Shown piece after piece: positions 26,789 to 36,033 of a stretch of 41,753 nucleotides of DNA. Origin of the DNA: Thermoprotei archaeon (GTDB taxonomy: Archaea > Thermoproteota > Thermoprotei_A > Sulfolobales > NBVN01); NCBI GenBank assembly GCA_003661745.1, contig QMWS01000002.1:1-41753 (forward strand). Direction: 5' to 3'. Numbering within the stretch: position 1 is the first letter of the stretch; each line of letters begins with the position of its first letter. The position numbers were made by a program, and so were the translations under genes. A model generated the notes under the pieces. That model saw only the letters and a list, made by a program, of their open reading frames with translations, was not told the DNA's origin and did no database searches.

Positions 26789-28679
26789 CTCTGTTTGCCC
26801 CCTCGTCGAACATTGTCACGACAGACGTCGTGTCCACTATTCCGCCAAGCAATACTACCTCACCTTCCGGCAGGCAGCCAGCGCCTGTCACTGAGGTCGA
26901 GAAGATACGCTCCGCTGGCACCTGAATCCTAAGAACGACTCCCCGGTGGCCCTCCTCCGCACCATACTTCGAGCCCGCGAAGAATTCCGCGGTATCCCTG
27001 TGCACCGTCCAGCTCGACAGCGGGTTGCTTGTATGTGCGATCATGTCGCCGATGCTCATCGACCTCGCCTCTTCAAGAGGCAGGTCTAATCCTCGGAGCA
27101 CTGTGACCGTCCTAATCCCCCGCTCGCGCAGCTCTTCCTGGGTGATCTCATACACCGCGCGCAGGTACGCTCCTGCCTTCTTCTTCGCATCCTCGTAGCT
27201 CCCCCACCCATAAAACGCCATCCGCTCTTCCTGCTCCTTCCACAACCTCCGCGCTCTCTCCTCGGTGTAGAACCCACTGGACGGCAGGCCGAACACTTCC
27301 TGCGCGGTGGTCTGCAACACGACGCTCAGTGGTACCTCGTCGCCGCTCGACGCCGCCCAGGTCGCTGTAAGCTTGTCAGCGACCTCGTAGTCCAGGCCAG
27401 ATCGCTCGCTGACCTGCGTGACGATGCGGTCTTTGAGTTTGGAATATCGCTCACCGGATATGACGTCCTTCGCCTGCTGGATGAGGTCATCTGCACTCAG
27501 TCCTTCAGGGGCAGTCTCCAAGGTGGAGCGCTCATACAGCAGCTGACCAAGGCTGTCCGTATCGTCCAGCCCGCTGGACGGCGTCCCAGGCTGCAACCAG
27601 CCTGGCTGCGTCGGCGGGCCACTCACGGGCGCGCCCAAAACGCTGCGCAAGCTTTTAGCGTAGAAAGTGCGCCCCCAGCGTGGATCCTCGCGCTCGCCGA
27701 CGAAGTCTCTCAGCGTGACCTCGCCCCTCTTCCACGCCTCGTAGCCTGCGTTACCCAGCACGGCCCTCTGCACGTCCTCCGGCTGCTCTCTAAAGATACT
27801 CTCCCCTGGCTCCACGACCACCCGTGTATCTGGCGCCCCTTCGAAGCCCAACTCTTCCCACGATGCCACCCAGGGGATCATGGTGCACCGTCCATTCGGA
27901 TGGTCACCAAGCGTCTCGTCTAGCCCGTGCTGCGTCCCGTGCATCGCCCAGCACATCGGGCACGTGCGCCTGTCCAACGCCGCGTGCCAGATCCAGCCCT
28001 TGACGATGTCGCTGTTCGCCTGGTAGCTGCGCCTCGTAGCCTCGCGATATGCCCGCATGGTCTCCGTCCGCGCGATCCGCAGCGCCCGAACCAGGCCCAC
28101 CCCCGCCGCTCGCCGTATCCGCCTGGATATTTCGCGCGAGTTCAGGCCGAGCGCTACGCCCTGCACCAGCTCGTCCGCCACCGCCTGCCCAGCCTGGCCA
28201 GGTAGCTCATCCAGCAGCGCCCGCAGCGGCGAGCCGTCGTGCAGGAATCCTACCAAGTCCTGCGTCGCCTCTATCGGAAGTCTGTTCCAGTGCACGCGGA
28301 CGCCCTCCGGCGGCGCCAGCAAATCCTCCAGAACGAGTTTCTCAGAGTGCTCCTGCGCAGCCCGTACCGCCTCTCCCTGCTGCTCCAGGATCTGGCTCTC
28401 CGCGAACCCGACGAAGTTGCGCAGCTCCGCCTCCACCTGCTCTTGCAGCTCCTCTAACCTGCGATATCGGAACAGCCACGCAGGGCTCACCTCCTCGCCC
28501 GCATCTTTGGCCTCGCGGATCATCCGTAGGAGATCGTCAGCTTGCTCCTTGATCCGCCGCCAGGTCTGGCCATAGTAGTGCACCATCTCCGACGCCGCGC
28601 GGCGCTCGCTGCGCAGCAGCTCACGACGGAATTTCTCGACTGTCTCGTATATCTGCCCCGGCGACTTCGCCTCTGGCAT
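26778..28679 (-). CDS. MuF (gpF-like) minor head protein with C-terminal ADP-ribosyltransferase-like domain
   Basis: RIARTE, W.AALDRRTCPMCWAMHG and HPNGRC are MuF motifs. C-terminal VLRG, LSSWT and PEGEVV match the R-S-E ART signature. Confidence 0.85.
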   Translation of the reverse strand: MPEAKSPGQIYETVEKFRRELLRSERRAASEMVHYYGQTWRRIKEQADDLLRMIREAKDAGEEVSPAWLFRYRRLEELQEQVEAELRNFVGFAESQILEQQGEAVRAAQEHSEKLVLEDLLAPPEGVRVHWNRLPIEATQDLVGFLHDGSPLRALLDELPGQAGQAVADELVQGVALGLNSREISRRIRRAAGVGLVRALRIARTETMRAYREATRRSYQANSDIVKGWIWHAALDRRTCPMCWAMHGTQHGLDETLGDHPNGRCTMIPWVASWEELGFEGAPDTRVVVEPGESIFREQPEDVQRAVLGNAGYEAWKRGEVTLRDFVGEREDPRWGRTFYAKSLRSVLGAPVSGPPTQPGWLQPGTPSSGLDDTDSLGQLLYERSTLETAPEGLSADDLIQQAKDVISGERYSKLKDRIVTQVSERSGLDYEVADKLTATWAASSGDEVPLSVVLQTTAQEVFGLPSSGFYTEERARRLWKEQEERMAFYGWGSYEDAKKKAGAYLRAVYEITQEELRERGIRTVTVLRGLDLPLEEARSMSIGDMIAHTSNPLSSWTVHRDTAEFFAGSKYGAEEGHRGVVLRIQVPAERIFSTSVTGAGCLPEGEVVLLGGIVDTTSVVTMFDEGANRVGA

Positions 28680-28681
28680 CG

Positions 28682-28810
28682 CTAATTCTTACGCTCCACG
28701 TCTATCACGCCGAACTGCCAGAAGAGTCTGGCGAACGTCCAATTGCTGATGACCAGCACCTGGTTTATCGCCCAGGCGACCCACGGATTCATAATCACGC
28801 GCACAATCAC
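28682..28810 (-). CDS. Small hydrophobic protein (42 aa)
   Basis: Translated by hand: (M)IVRVIMNPWVAWAINQVLVISNWTFARLFWQFGVIDVERKN. GTGA overlap with the portal stop; fills the portal-MuF gap. Confidence 0.4.
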   Translation of the reverse strand: MIVRVIMNPWVAWAINQVLVISNWTFARLFWQFGVIDVERKN

Positions 28811-30141
28811 ACCCCCCTCTCGAATTGTGTCAGCAGCTTCTCCCCCAGCTCTGCGTCACCAGCCGTCCGCTCCTCCGCCATACGCTCGATCTCCTCAGGA
28901 CTGTAGCCAAGCTCCGCCAGTAGCTGCTCGCGGCTCACGCCCACCTGCTGCTTGAGCAGCGCCGTCTCAGCCTCCGCCCGCGGATTCCGCGGTGCAGCGT
29001 CTTCCCAGACTGTTGATAACCTGTAGTCTCCCTCGATCTCGCGCATCCGAAGCGCCAGGCTCATGCAGTCTTCCCAGACATCGCCGAACGTCTCCTGCAA
29101 ATTCGTGACGATCGTCGTGAGCCGCGCCTCCGCGGTCTTCATCGCCTCGCCCGAAGGCCAGCCGCCCGGGTCAAGCATGAGGTAGTGAAACGGGACTCCA
29201 GAGACACGCGCGATCTCCGCGCGGAAGGAATTCTGGACTTCCAGGAACTGCTTCAGATTCGCAGGGTCGAACTGACCGAACCGCACGTCGGGATCGCCGA
29301 CCGTCCAGATTCGCTCCACCCCAGGAGTGAATGGCGCCTTCGGCTTGCCCGTGACAGGATCAACCTCGACCTCAAGGCCGGTCGCCCACCGCTGCGGCAG
29401 TGAGACGTACTCCATTGCGACGAGCATATCCGCAACCGATTTGTTGAGTGCGTTCTGGAGCGGAATCACGTCCGCCAGCGCCGACCGCCCGAAGTTCGAC
29501 TCCCCCGTGCTGTCGTTCGCGAAGTGGAATACCGGAACCTGTCCCCAGGGATTCGGCACCACCGGCTCGTCCTCCAGCGGGACGTACCCCCGCGCGTCGC
29601 TAAGCGTGCCGTCCACCGCGCGCGACGTCACGTACTTCTCTATCCTATCTGGGTAGTAGAGATTTAGTCGAATCCGACCATCCTCAAGCCGCCACATCCG
29701 CGCCGCGCGCGTTATCTCGCCGTTCCCCTCGTCGCTGTACGCCACCGACATCCGGATAGCGCAGTTCGGATGAATCATCGGCAGTCCGTCCTGGCCGGGC
29801 CAAACAATCACGTACGCGTCACCATCCCTGAGCGCCATCCGATGCACGACACGTGACTTCCGCCCCATGCGGTTCTCTTGCCAAATGCCCCACGCCACGC
29901 CCGGCACCACGTCCTCCCCAGACTCCGCGCCGAAGCCGATTACAATCAGCCTGTCCGCCAGCGTGTCCACCACGACGCCGCAGAGGTTGTCTGCAAATGC
30001 ACTGAAGAACGATCCGAACGCGTTCCTGAAGCGCTCTGTCGCGAATGTAAGCTTGTGCTCGCCGTTGTAGTACTGCTGCGCAATCCTGTACCCCGGCTCG
30101 CGCGAGAGGATTGAATCTATCGCCCATTTGATGTCGCTCAT
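28807..30141 (-). CDS. Portal protein (SPP1 gp6-like)
   Basis: YYNGEH, NLCGVVVD..ADRL, GDAYVIVW, NPWGQVPVFHFAN, GRSAL..VIPLQ, PQRWATG and SGEAMK. Confidence 0.92.
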   Translation of the reverse strand: MSDIKWAIDSILSREPGYRIAQQYYNGEHKLTFATERFRNAFGSFFSAFADNLCGVVVDTLADRLIVIGFGAESGEDVVPGVAWGIWQENRMGRKSRVVHRMALRDGDAYVIVWPGQDGLPMIHPNCAIRMSVAYSDEGNGEITRAARMWRLEDGRIRLNLYYPDRIEKYVTSRAVDGTLSDARGYVPLEDEPVVPNPWGQVPVFHFANDSTGESNFGRSALADVIPLQNALNKSVADMLVAMEYVSLPQRWATGLEVEVDPVTGKPKAPFTPGVERIWTVGDPDVRFGQFDPANLKQFLEVQNSFRAEIARVSGVPFHYLMLDPGGWPSGEAMKTAEARLTTIVTNLQETFGDVWEDCMSLALRMREIEGDYRLSTVWEDAAPRNPRAEAETALLKQQVGVSREQLLAELGYSPEEIERMAEERTAGDAELGEKLLTQFERGV

Positions 30142-30746
30142 CTTTGCCTCACTCTCTTCCGTATGTCAGGCCCGCGTCGGCTACCATGCGGCTCACGCGT
30201 GATCGGTGACCACGGCCTCCTGCGCCTCCGCGACGGCCGCACCTCCACGCGCTCCTGCTTGAGCTCCCCAGCCGTTGCGTATACCAGCCATGACTGCGGC
30301 AAGATACACGCCCGCGGCTTCACGATGTGGAAAGCCCTGAGGAACGCCAGCCGCTCGTCCTCGCCCTTCAGACATTCCGACCGCCACGTGACCAGGAACT
30401 CCCGCCCCGCATCGTCGTTGCGCACGAACAGCAGCTCGTACCCGTGGAGCAGCTGCCTCAAGTCAAGCACAACCGACCTGGTTAGCTTTCGCTCATCCAC
30501 CGTGCCCACGTCCGCTGCAAGAGTACCGTAGTTCCAGAGTGGAACTGCCATCTCCCAGGTGTCAAGAAACGAGAAGCCAGCGTCGAGCAGTCTGACAGGT
30601 ATCTTCATCCCGTGCGCAAGGAACAGCGTCTTGTCACCCGACAGCTCCCAATCGTCCGCGCCGCTCCGCACACGGATGCTGTACGGCGCTCCGAGTTGGT
30701 TCGCGATGCCACTGGCGTCGTCTATCGTCGCGATCACATTCGTCAT
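30138..30746 (-). CDS. Degenerate GT-A-like protein (paralog of the C-terminal domain of 32761-34443) with Arg-rich tail
   Basis: Collinear similarity by eye to the upstream GT-A domain but no DxD; ATGA overlaps at both ends. Confidence 0.6.
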   Translation of the reverse strand: MTNVIATIDDASGIANQLGAPYSIRVRSGADDWELSGDKTLFLAHGMKIPVRLLDAGFSFLDTWEMAVPLWNYGTLAADVGTVDERKLTRSVVLDLRQLLHGYELLFVRNDDAGREFLVTWRSECLKGEDERLAFLRAFHIVKPRACILPQSWLVYATAGELKQERVEVRPSRRRRRPWSPITREPHGSRRGPDIRKRVRQR

Positions 30747-31195
30747 TTGCGCACCCTCATCCGCGCCAGGAAGCTCGTCTCGGCGTTGTTCAGCCAGGGC
30801 CCCTTGACAATCTCCCACTTCCGCGGCGTATACCAGTGGTACGCGCGCCCCGCCTTCCGATCAGGGTCGAAATAGTCGAGCGCCCCCGGCGAGAGATGCC
30901 AGACATGCGTCGGATCCCTGTACGAGGTCTCGCTGTTCCACATGGGCAGCTTGATGAACAGCTCCGCGCCAGGCCGCAGGATGCGCCAGCACTCGTCCAG
31001 CGCCTCGACCAGCGTGATCCGGAGATGCTCGAACACCGAATGCGCGATGACCACGTCGAACGACTCGTCCGACCAGGGCCACGGTCGCTCGTTGAGGTCG
31101 TGCGTCACGTCGATCTCCTCGCGGTGCTTGACGAGATCGTGGTTCACCGCCCCACTGACGATCGAATTCCCTGCTCCAAGATTCAGGATCTTCAC
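30743..31195 (-). CDS. Class I SAM-dependent methyltransferase (Methyltransf_11-like)
   Basis: ILNLGAG, HDLN..PWPW.DESFD, FEHL, ECWRILRPG and DPTH; GTG at 31195 in a GTGA overlap, after GGAGG. Confidence 0.88.
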   Translation of the reverse strand: MKILNLGAGNSIVSGAVNHDLVKHREEIDVTHDLNERPWPWSDESFDVVIAHSVFEHLRITLVEALDECWRILRPGAELFIKLPMWNSETSYRDPTHVWHLSPGALDYFDPDRKAGRAYHWYTPRKWEIVKGPWLNNAETSFLARMRVRK

Positions 31196-31965
31196 GCCTC
31201 CTCCTCTTCGAGCCATACTGCATATGGCGTCCGCTCTATCTCCGCCCGCACGGCGCCCCAGTTCTCGATGATCTCCGGCAGCGGCTGTGGGTTCACGCGG
31301 CGCAAATGGCAATGCAACATAGCCTGCGGCACGCCGAGGAAGTCGCAGATGCGGCTCGACACGTCCCACGGGATCCCCGTCGCCTCACCGTGCCCTGACC
31401 ACGCGATATCCTCGTATGTGAGCTCGAGCAGCTGAGAGAACTCCGCCAGTTTCGTCTTCGCGAACTCGTCCTGCTCACGCAGTTCTTCAATAGCCCTGAT
31501 GATAGACCGCGGCGCCAAGGACACCCGCTCGCGCATCGTGACCGCGCGGAATGTGTGTTGCGGCAGCGTAATGTGACCCGCGCGCGCCTTGCAGTTCAGC
31601 AGGAAGCTCACGGCCTGACGCAGGTAGTTTTCGCGCCGAAGATGAATCACAGCAGGCTGCGCCCTCACCAGGTACTCCCAGACGCCGTCTAGGAATGCCT
31701 GCCGGTATGTGAGTTTGCACATGCTCACATGATAACCAGTTTGGTCGAGCAGCGCCTGCAAGAGATCTACGCGGGTGATCCCGTCTAGGCAGTCGAGCCA
31801 CACGCTCCTGTAATGCAGCGGCTCGCCGCGGTCGCAGAAGATGTGCGGGTGATTACTCAGGCAATGTGCCAGGAACGTCCCCCCGCTTCGCAGCGACGCG
31901 ATGATTACCGCCGGTCGTGCGATGCCCCTGGTCATGTCGTTCTCGGTTATGCTCTCCGCTATCAT
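31192..31965 (-). CDS. Sulfotransferase (Stf0-like)
   Basis: RSGGTFL...L..HP (5'-PSB loop), IHLRRENYLRQAVS (3'-PB), LTYEDI, ICDFLGV and IENW. Confidence 0.85.
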   Translation of the reverse strand: MIAESITENDMTRGIARPAVIIASLRSGGTFLAHCLSNHPHIFCDRGEPLHYRSVWLDCLDGITRVDLLQALLDQTGYHVSMCKLTYRQAFLDGVWEYLVRAQPAVIHLRRENYLRQAVSFLLNCKARAGHITLPQHTFRAVTMRERVSLAPRSIIRAIEELREQDEFAKTKLAEFSQLLELTYEDIAWSGHGEATGIPWDVSSRICDFLGVPQAMLHCHLRRVNPQPLPEIIENWGAVRAEIERTPYAVWLEEEEA

Positions 31966-32789
31966 CTCCTCAGCTCCTCGTTGTACGCTCGAACCGCCTC
32001 GATGAGCCGCGCCGGCCGCCCCGTCCTCCTTGCCCACGCGCACAGGTTCGCCGTGTCCTTCGGCAAGCACTTGCCGCCGAAGCCGCGGTTCTCCGGATAC
32101 ACATAGGTGTGACTCCGCGACACCCGCGGGTCAGCCAGCCACAGCTCGCGCAGCTCGTGCCAGTCTACACCAGCCGCCGCGGCGAGATCATAGAATTGAT
32201 TGCAAAATGCGACCTTCGTCGCCAGCCAGGAGTTTTCCATCAACTTGCACAGCTCCGCCGTGCGCGCATCGGTCTGGTAGATGCGCAGCGACGAGTTGGT
32301 GACCAGCGTCCACGCCGTCGCGAATGCCCGCGTCACCTGCCGCGGCCCGCCCAGGATCACGAATGGCAGGCTGTTGCGGAGCGGGTGGTCAACCGTCTCG
32401 CCGTAGTACTCCGGCGAGAAGCAGGTGTTGCTCCCCAGCCACTCGGTCGTCCCGACCTCGACCGTGCTCTTAACGCACCAGTAGCGTACGCGATAATTCC
32501 AGCGCTCATACGCGTGGATGACTTCCGAGCAGTCGCAGCTCCCATCCTCCGCCTCGGGCGTCGGCACGCAGATGAACCCGAGCTCCCAATCCTTACGCTC
32601 ACCCTCAGGGAACGCCGCCAGGTCGTCCGCCACCCGCCGGACGACGCCGTCTACGTCCACGTAGTCCGCATCCGCGAAGAACCGCCCGATCTGCCGACCG
32701 ACATGGCCATAGCCGACGATGAGCGTCGGCGGGTGATGATTGACAACCTCTGGATGCGGCTTAGGCACCATGCTTTCGCTCCCACTCAC
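31962..32789 (-). CDS. UDP-glucose/GDP-mannose dehydrogenase family protein (short form)
   Basis: IVGYGHVG, FICVPTP, VKSTV, FSPEY, AELCKLMEN..LATKVAF.N, DPRV and GFGGKCLPKD. Confidence 0.9.
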   Translation of the reverse strand: MSGSESMVPKPHPEVVNHHPPTLIVGYGHVGRQIGRFFADADYVDVDGVVRRVADDLAAFPEGERKDWELGFICVPTPEAEDGSCDCSEVIHAYERWNYRVRYWCVKSTVEVGTTEWLGSNTCFSPEYYGETVDHPLRNSLPFVILGGPRQVTRAFATAWTLVTNSSLRIYQTDARTAELCKLMENSWLATKVAFCNQFYDLAAAAGVDWHELRELWLADPRVSRSHTYVYPENRGFGGKCLPKDTANLCAWARRTGRPARLIEAVRAYNEELRR

Positions 32790-34443
32790 TCACCTTCCTC
32801 CACGCCCTTTCACTGTCGATCCGCCCCGGGATTGCGCCCGACCACCTGCGCGCCTGCTTCGGGAAATGCAGAATGCCCGCGGTCTCCACGCCCTCGGAGT
32901 ATGCCGGGAACGTGTTCCACTCGTTCCCCAGGACAAGCGTCCGCGGCGGGTCAGCATACAGCGCCATAAGCAGCGGCCCCTGGTCGCGCTGCGCAAACAC
33001 CTCCCACTCCTCGCGCCACCGCTTGAAGAACCGCTCCACACGCTCGCAGCGCCTGAACGCCCACACGCCACCATTCAGCTGAATCGTGTGAAGTGTCTTG
33101 ACAGCCCTACGCACCTTCCGCATCTCCGCGGCGTTATTTCGCCTGCGGTACGAGAACATCGTGTCCATGAGGTGCGGGTCTTTGCAGATGATGAATTCCC
33201 AACCGTCCTCGATCCACTCGAAGAACCGATACACCGGCGCGGTCACCAGGGTGTCGGCGTCGAGGTACAGCACCGATTCCCACTCCGCCGGACTCAGCTC
33301 GTATGCGCGAAGCTTAGCCCGCCTGCCGCCGATGTCACTGTCCTCCTGCTGGACGAAGACGTCCTCCAGCCCCAGCGGCTCCGCGCCGCATAGGCAAACG
33401 GGGATGTCCGGCATATGCTCCTTGATGCTCTCCAAGAGTCTGCTTGCGCACTTGCGCGCAGGGCCGCCGAACGCGACGACGTAAATCCCCCGCGTCGAGC
33501 CCGTGCCGTGATCTATCGGGTCAGCCATCTTGACCTTCACCTTCGCCTTCTTCCGCACCGTCTGGCGAACCCGCGGCGCGATAGCCTGGAACGCCTGGTC
33601 GTGCGCGGCGACGAAGTTCTCGACAGAGTGCTCCGCCGTCGCGTCACGGAGCGCATCTCTGTCAACACTCCTGCACGTGTCCATGGCCAGGAGCAGCGCC
33701 AGTATCATGCTCTTCGCGTCGCCGCGATTGAAGCGATGTATGCCATTGACGTCCGGCAGCTCATCGTGGAGCCCGACGCCCTTCGAGATCACCACGGGCA
33801 CGCCGCACGCCAGCGCCTCCAGGGTCGGCATCGGGATCCCCTCGACCCGCGACGGCACCAGCAGGATGTCCAAGCCGCGATAGAAGTCAGGCATCTCCGC
33901 CCACTTGTAGCGCCTCGTCGGCACCGGCCAGCCACGGCCGCTCGCTCGCCACTCCACGCGCCCGCCCAGCACCCCCGCCGCGAAGCGAACCAGATTCTCG
34001 CCCTTCCGCTGATTACGATACGTATACCCCGAGACGCCTATGACCACCGGCCCCGACCGCTTGCTCCTGGCGGGCGTGAATCGATCCCGCTCAACCGGCG
34101 CGGGCACCTGCACCGTCGGCCCGCGCGGAGACAGCAGGTCGGTGTAGATCCCAGCGGTGGTTATCCGCAGATCCACCCGCCGCCCCACCGAATCGAATAA
34201 CTTCGCCTTCGAGTTACCAGGGGGCTCCTCCTCGCGATGCGTGAAATACGCCGCCACAGGGACGTCGGGCCAGGGCTTCAGCCGCTGCGCCTCGAAATAC
34301 GCAAGCATGTACAGCGCGTCCGCGTCGTCCTCGATCACGCCATATCGCAGGCTCCATCCCAGGCGCTCCGCTAGATACCTCGCCATGCGCGGGATCACGC
34401 GGTCGTCCCGCCAGTTTCGGCACCAAATCTGCACGTTCACCAC
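32761..34443 (-). CDS. Two-domain glycosyltransferase (GT4-like GT-B plus GT8-like GT-A)
   Basis: N-domain PSRVEGIPMPTLEALACGVPVV (E-x7-E). C-domain VLYLDADT (DxD), LNGGV and RDQ. Confidence 0.88.
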   Translation of the reverse strand: MVNVQIWCRNWRDDRVIPRMARYLAERLGWSLRYGVIEDDADALYMLAYFEAQRLKPWPDVPVAAYFTHREEEPPGNSKAKLFDSVGRRVDLRITTAGIYTDLLSPRGPTVQVPAPVERDRFTPARSKRSGPVVIGVSGYTYRNQRKGENLVRFAAGVLGGRVEWRASGRGWPVPTRRYKWAEMPDFYRGLDILLVPSRVEGIPMPTLEALACGVPVVISKGVGLHDELPDVNGIHRFNRGDAKSMILALLLAMDTCRSVDRDALRDATAEHSVENFVAAHDQAFQAIAPRVRQTVRKKAKVKVKMADPIDHGTGSTRGIYVVAFGGPARKCASRLLESIKEHMPDIPVCLCGAEPLGLEDVFVQQEDSDIGGRRAKLRAYELSPAEWESVLYLDADTLVTAPVYRFFEWIEDGWEFIICKDPHLMDTMFSYRRRNNAAEMRKVRRAVKTLHTIQLNGGVWAFRRCERVERFFKRWREEWEVFAQRDQGPLLMALYADPPRTLVLGNEWNTFPAYSEGVETAGILHFPKQARRWSGAIPGRIDSERAWRKVSEWERKHGA

Positions 34444-35642
34444 GCTACGATCCTTCGGCTCCGTTGAGGCGTGCTGACCATCGCAAACGCCCCCGCGACC
34501 GCGTCCACCTGGTCGTCGTGCGTAGAGCCATCGCCTGTGAACGATACGAACTCGTCAATAAAATCTCTCACCCAATCTCCTCGCACCAGCGTCAGCTTGC
34601 CCTGCTCCGCCCGCGCAGCCACCGGTAACGCGCGCGTTAACTTGTCCTTGTCGACATCGATACCGCGGACGGAGATGCGCGCCAGCTCGCGACGCCGCAG
34701 CAGCGTCTGCACCGCCGCAATGCCGTGAAGCGACTTCTCGATGCCCTGCTCCACACCAGTGCCTTCAAGCAGCATAGTCTGCAACATAATCCGCTCCTGG
34801 TCTGGCCACTCCCACCGACCACGGATCACGTCGCGCACGTAGACAGTGCCATCGTCCGCCTGCGCCACGGCCGCGGATGCGGTGTAGTCCGCGCTCGTCT
34901 TTGTACTCGCCGCCAAGTCCCAGTACCGCGCCCAGCGCAGCCCACCCGGGGCCGCGTCCACAATGCGGAACCACTCGCGCCTGAACAGCGTCCCCGCCTG
35001 ATCGATGAACTCGCCCTCGAGCTCCTGCTTCGCGAAGAACTCAGTGTACTGACTCCTCACCGCTTCGTAGAATCCCTCTGGCAGGAACGGGTTCTCCAGC
35101 GTCCGGATCCGGAACAGCTCCGTACCTTCCCTGCCGCTGCCGAAGACCTCGTACGTCCAGTGCGCCCGCCCTTTAGGCGTGAACGTCGCAGACAGCCAGC
35201 CAGGCTTGCCACCACCGCCGCGGAGGGACGCGATGACGATCTCGAACGCGTCGCGCTTCATGAGACTCGCCTCGTCCAACCACGCGCCCGCCAGGTTCGG
35301 CCCGCGCGCGCGCTCCGGATCGTCCAACGATCGACAGATGATCTCCGCACCATTCCCAAGCTTGAGCATCATATCGCTCAGATTGATGCTGCGCAGGCAG
35401 TGCATCTGGTCGCAGATTGTGGTCAATGCCCTGAACGTCGCGTCTTTGAGCATTCCGTATGTCGGTGCGTACACACCGAAAAGCAGGCCGCGCGAGTCCG
35501 CAGACATCGCGCGTACCGCCATATCCAATGCTCCAACGTATGTCTTGCCGCTGCCGCGCCCGCCGACCAGCGCGCGGAAGGTCGCCTTTGAGTCCCTAAA
35601 CGCTTTCTGCTTCGGACTCAGCTTGATCCTCAGCTCCCGCAA
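34437..35642 (-). CDS. terL: Terminase large subunit
   Basis: GGRGSGKT, WLDEA, TFTP, ENPFLP, QELEGEF, YWDLA and HDDQVDA; TTG start at 35642 follows GAGGAGG. Confidence 0.93.
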   Translation of the reverse strand: MRELRIKLSPKQKAFRDSKATFRALVGGRGSGKTYVGALDMAVRAMSADSRGLLFGVYAPTYGMLKDATFRALTTICDQMHCLRSINLSDMMLKLGNGAEIICRSLDDPERARGPNLAGAWLDEASLMKRDAFEIVIASLRGGGGKPGWLSATFTPKGRAHWTYEVFGSGREGTELFRIRTLENPFLPEGFYEAVRSQYTEFFAKQELEGEFIDQAGTLFRREWFRIVDAAPGGLRWARYWDLAASTKTSADYTASAAVAQADDGTVYVRDVIRGRWEWPDQERIMLQTMLLEGTGVEQGIEKSLHGIAAVQTLLRRRELARISVRGIDVDKDKLTRALPVAARAEQGKLTLVRGDWVRDFIDEFVSFTGDGSTHDDQVDAVAGAFAMVSTPQRSRRIVAW

Positions 35643-36033
35643 CCACGACCTCCTCAACCAGCTTCAGCTTCACCTCGCCGTCGTGCATGTGCCGAACCCG
35701 CTGGCCGTACACCTCGGGACGGCGTGATGTGAGAATAAACGTCAATAATTTATCGCTACTTTCTTGAGCACGCTTCCAGGCAATAGCCTCGAGACCATCC
35801 AGCGCCTCTTCCAGCGCCTCGTCCCACGCCGCCTCGAACGTCTTCCAGCGCCGTCGCGCACAGTACGCACCGCCTCGCGTAATACCAGCGGCCTGACAGG
35901 CGGCGCGCACGTTCGCGGTGTTCCGCAGCGCCGCGATAAACCTGGCCATCCACGGCCGCGGCAAGTCGCGCCTCCGGCCGATCAGCGGCCCCAGCTCCCC
36001 TGTACCGCCTTTTCTGCTCTCCCTCTTGCTCAT
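35596..36033 (-). CDS. terS: Terminase small subunit (putative)
   Basis: HTH-like NVRAACQAAGITR, F..AWDEA and SDKLL.F.L....PE.Y; directly upstream of terL. Confidence 0.75.
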   Translation of the reverse strand: MSKRESRKGGTGELGPLIGRRRDLPRPWMARFIAALRNTANVRAACQAAGITRGGAYCARRRWKTFEAAWDEALEEALDGLEAIAWKRAQESSDKLLTFILTSRRPEVYGQRVRHMHDGEVKLKLVEEVVVAGAEDQAESEAESV

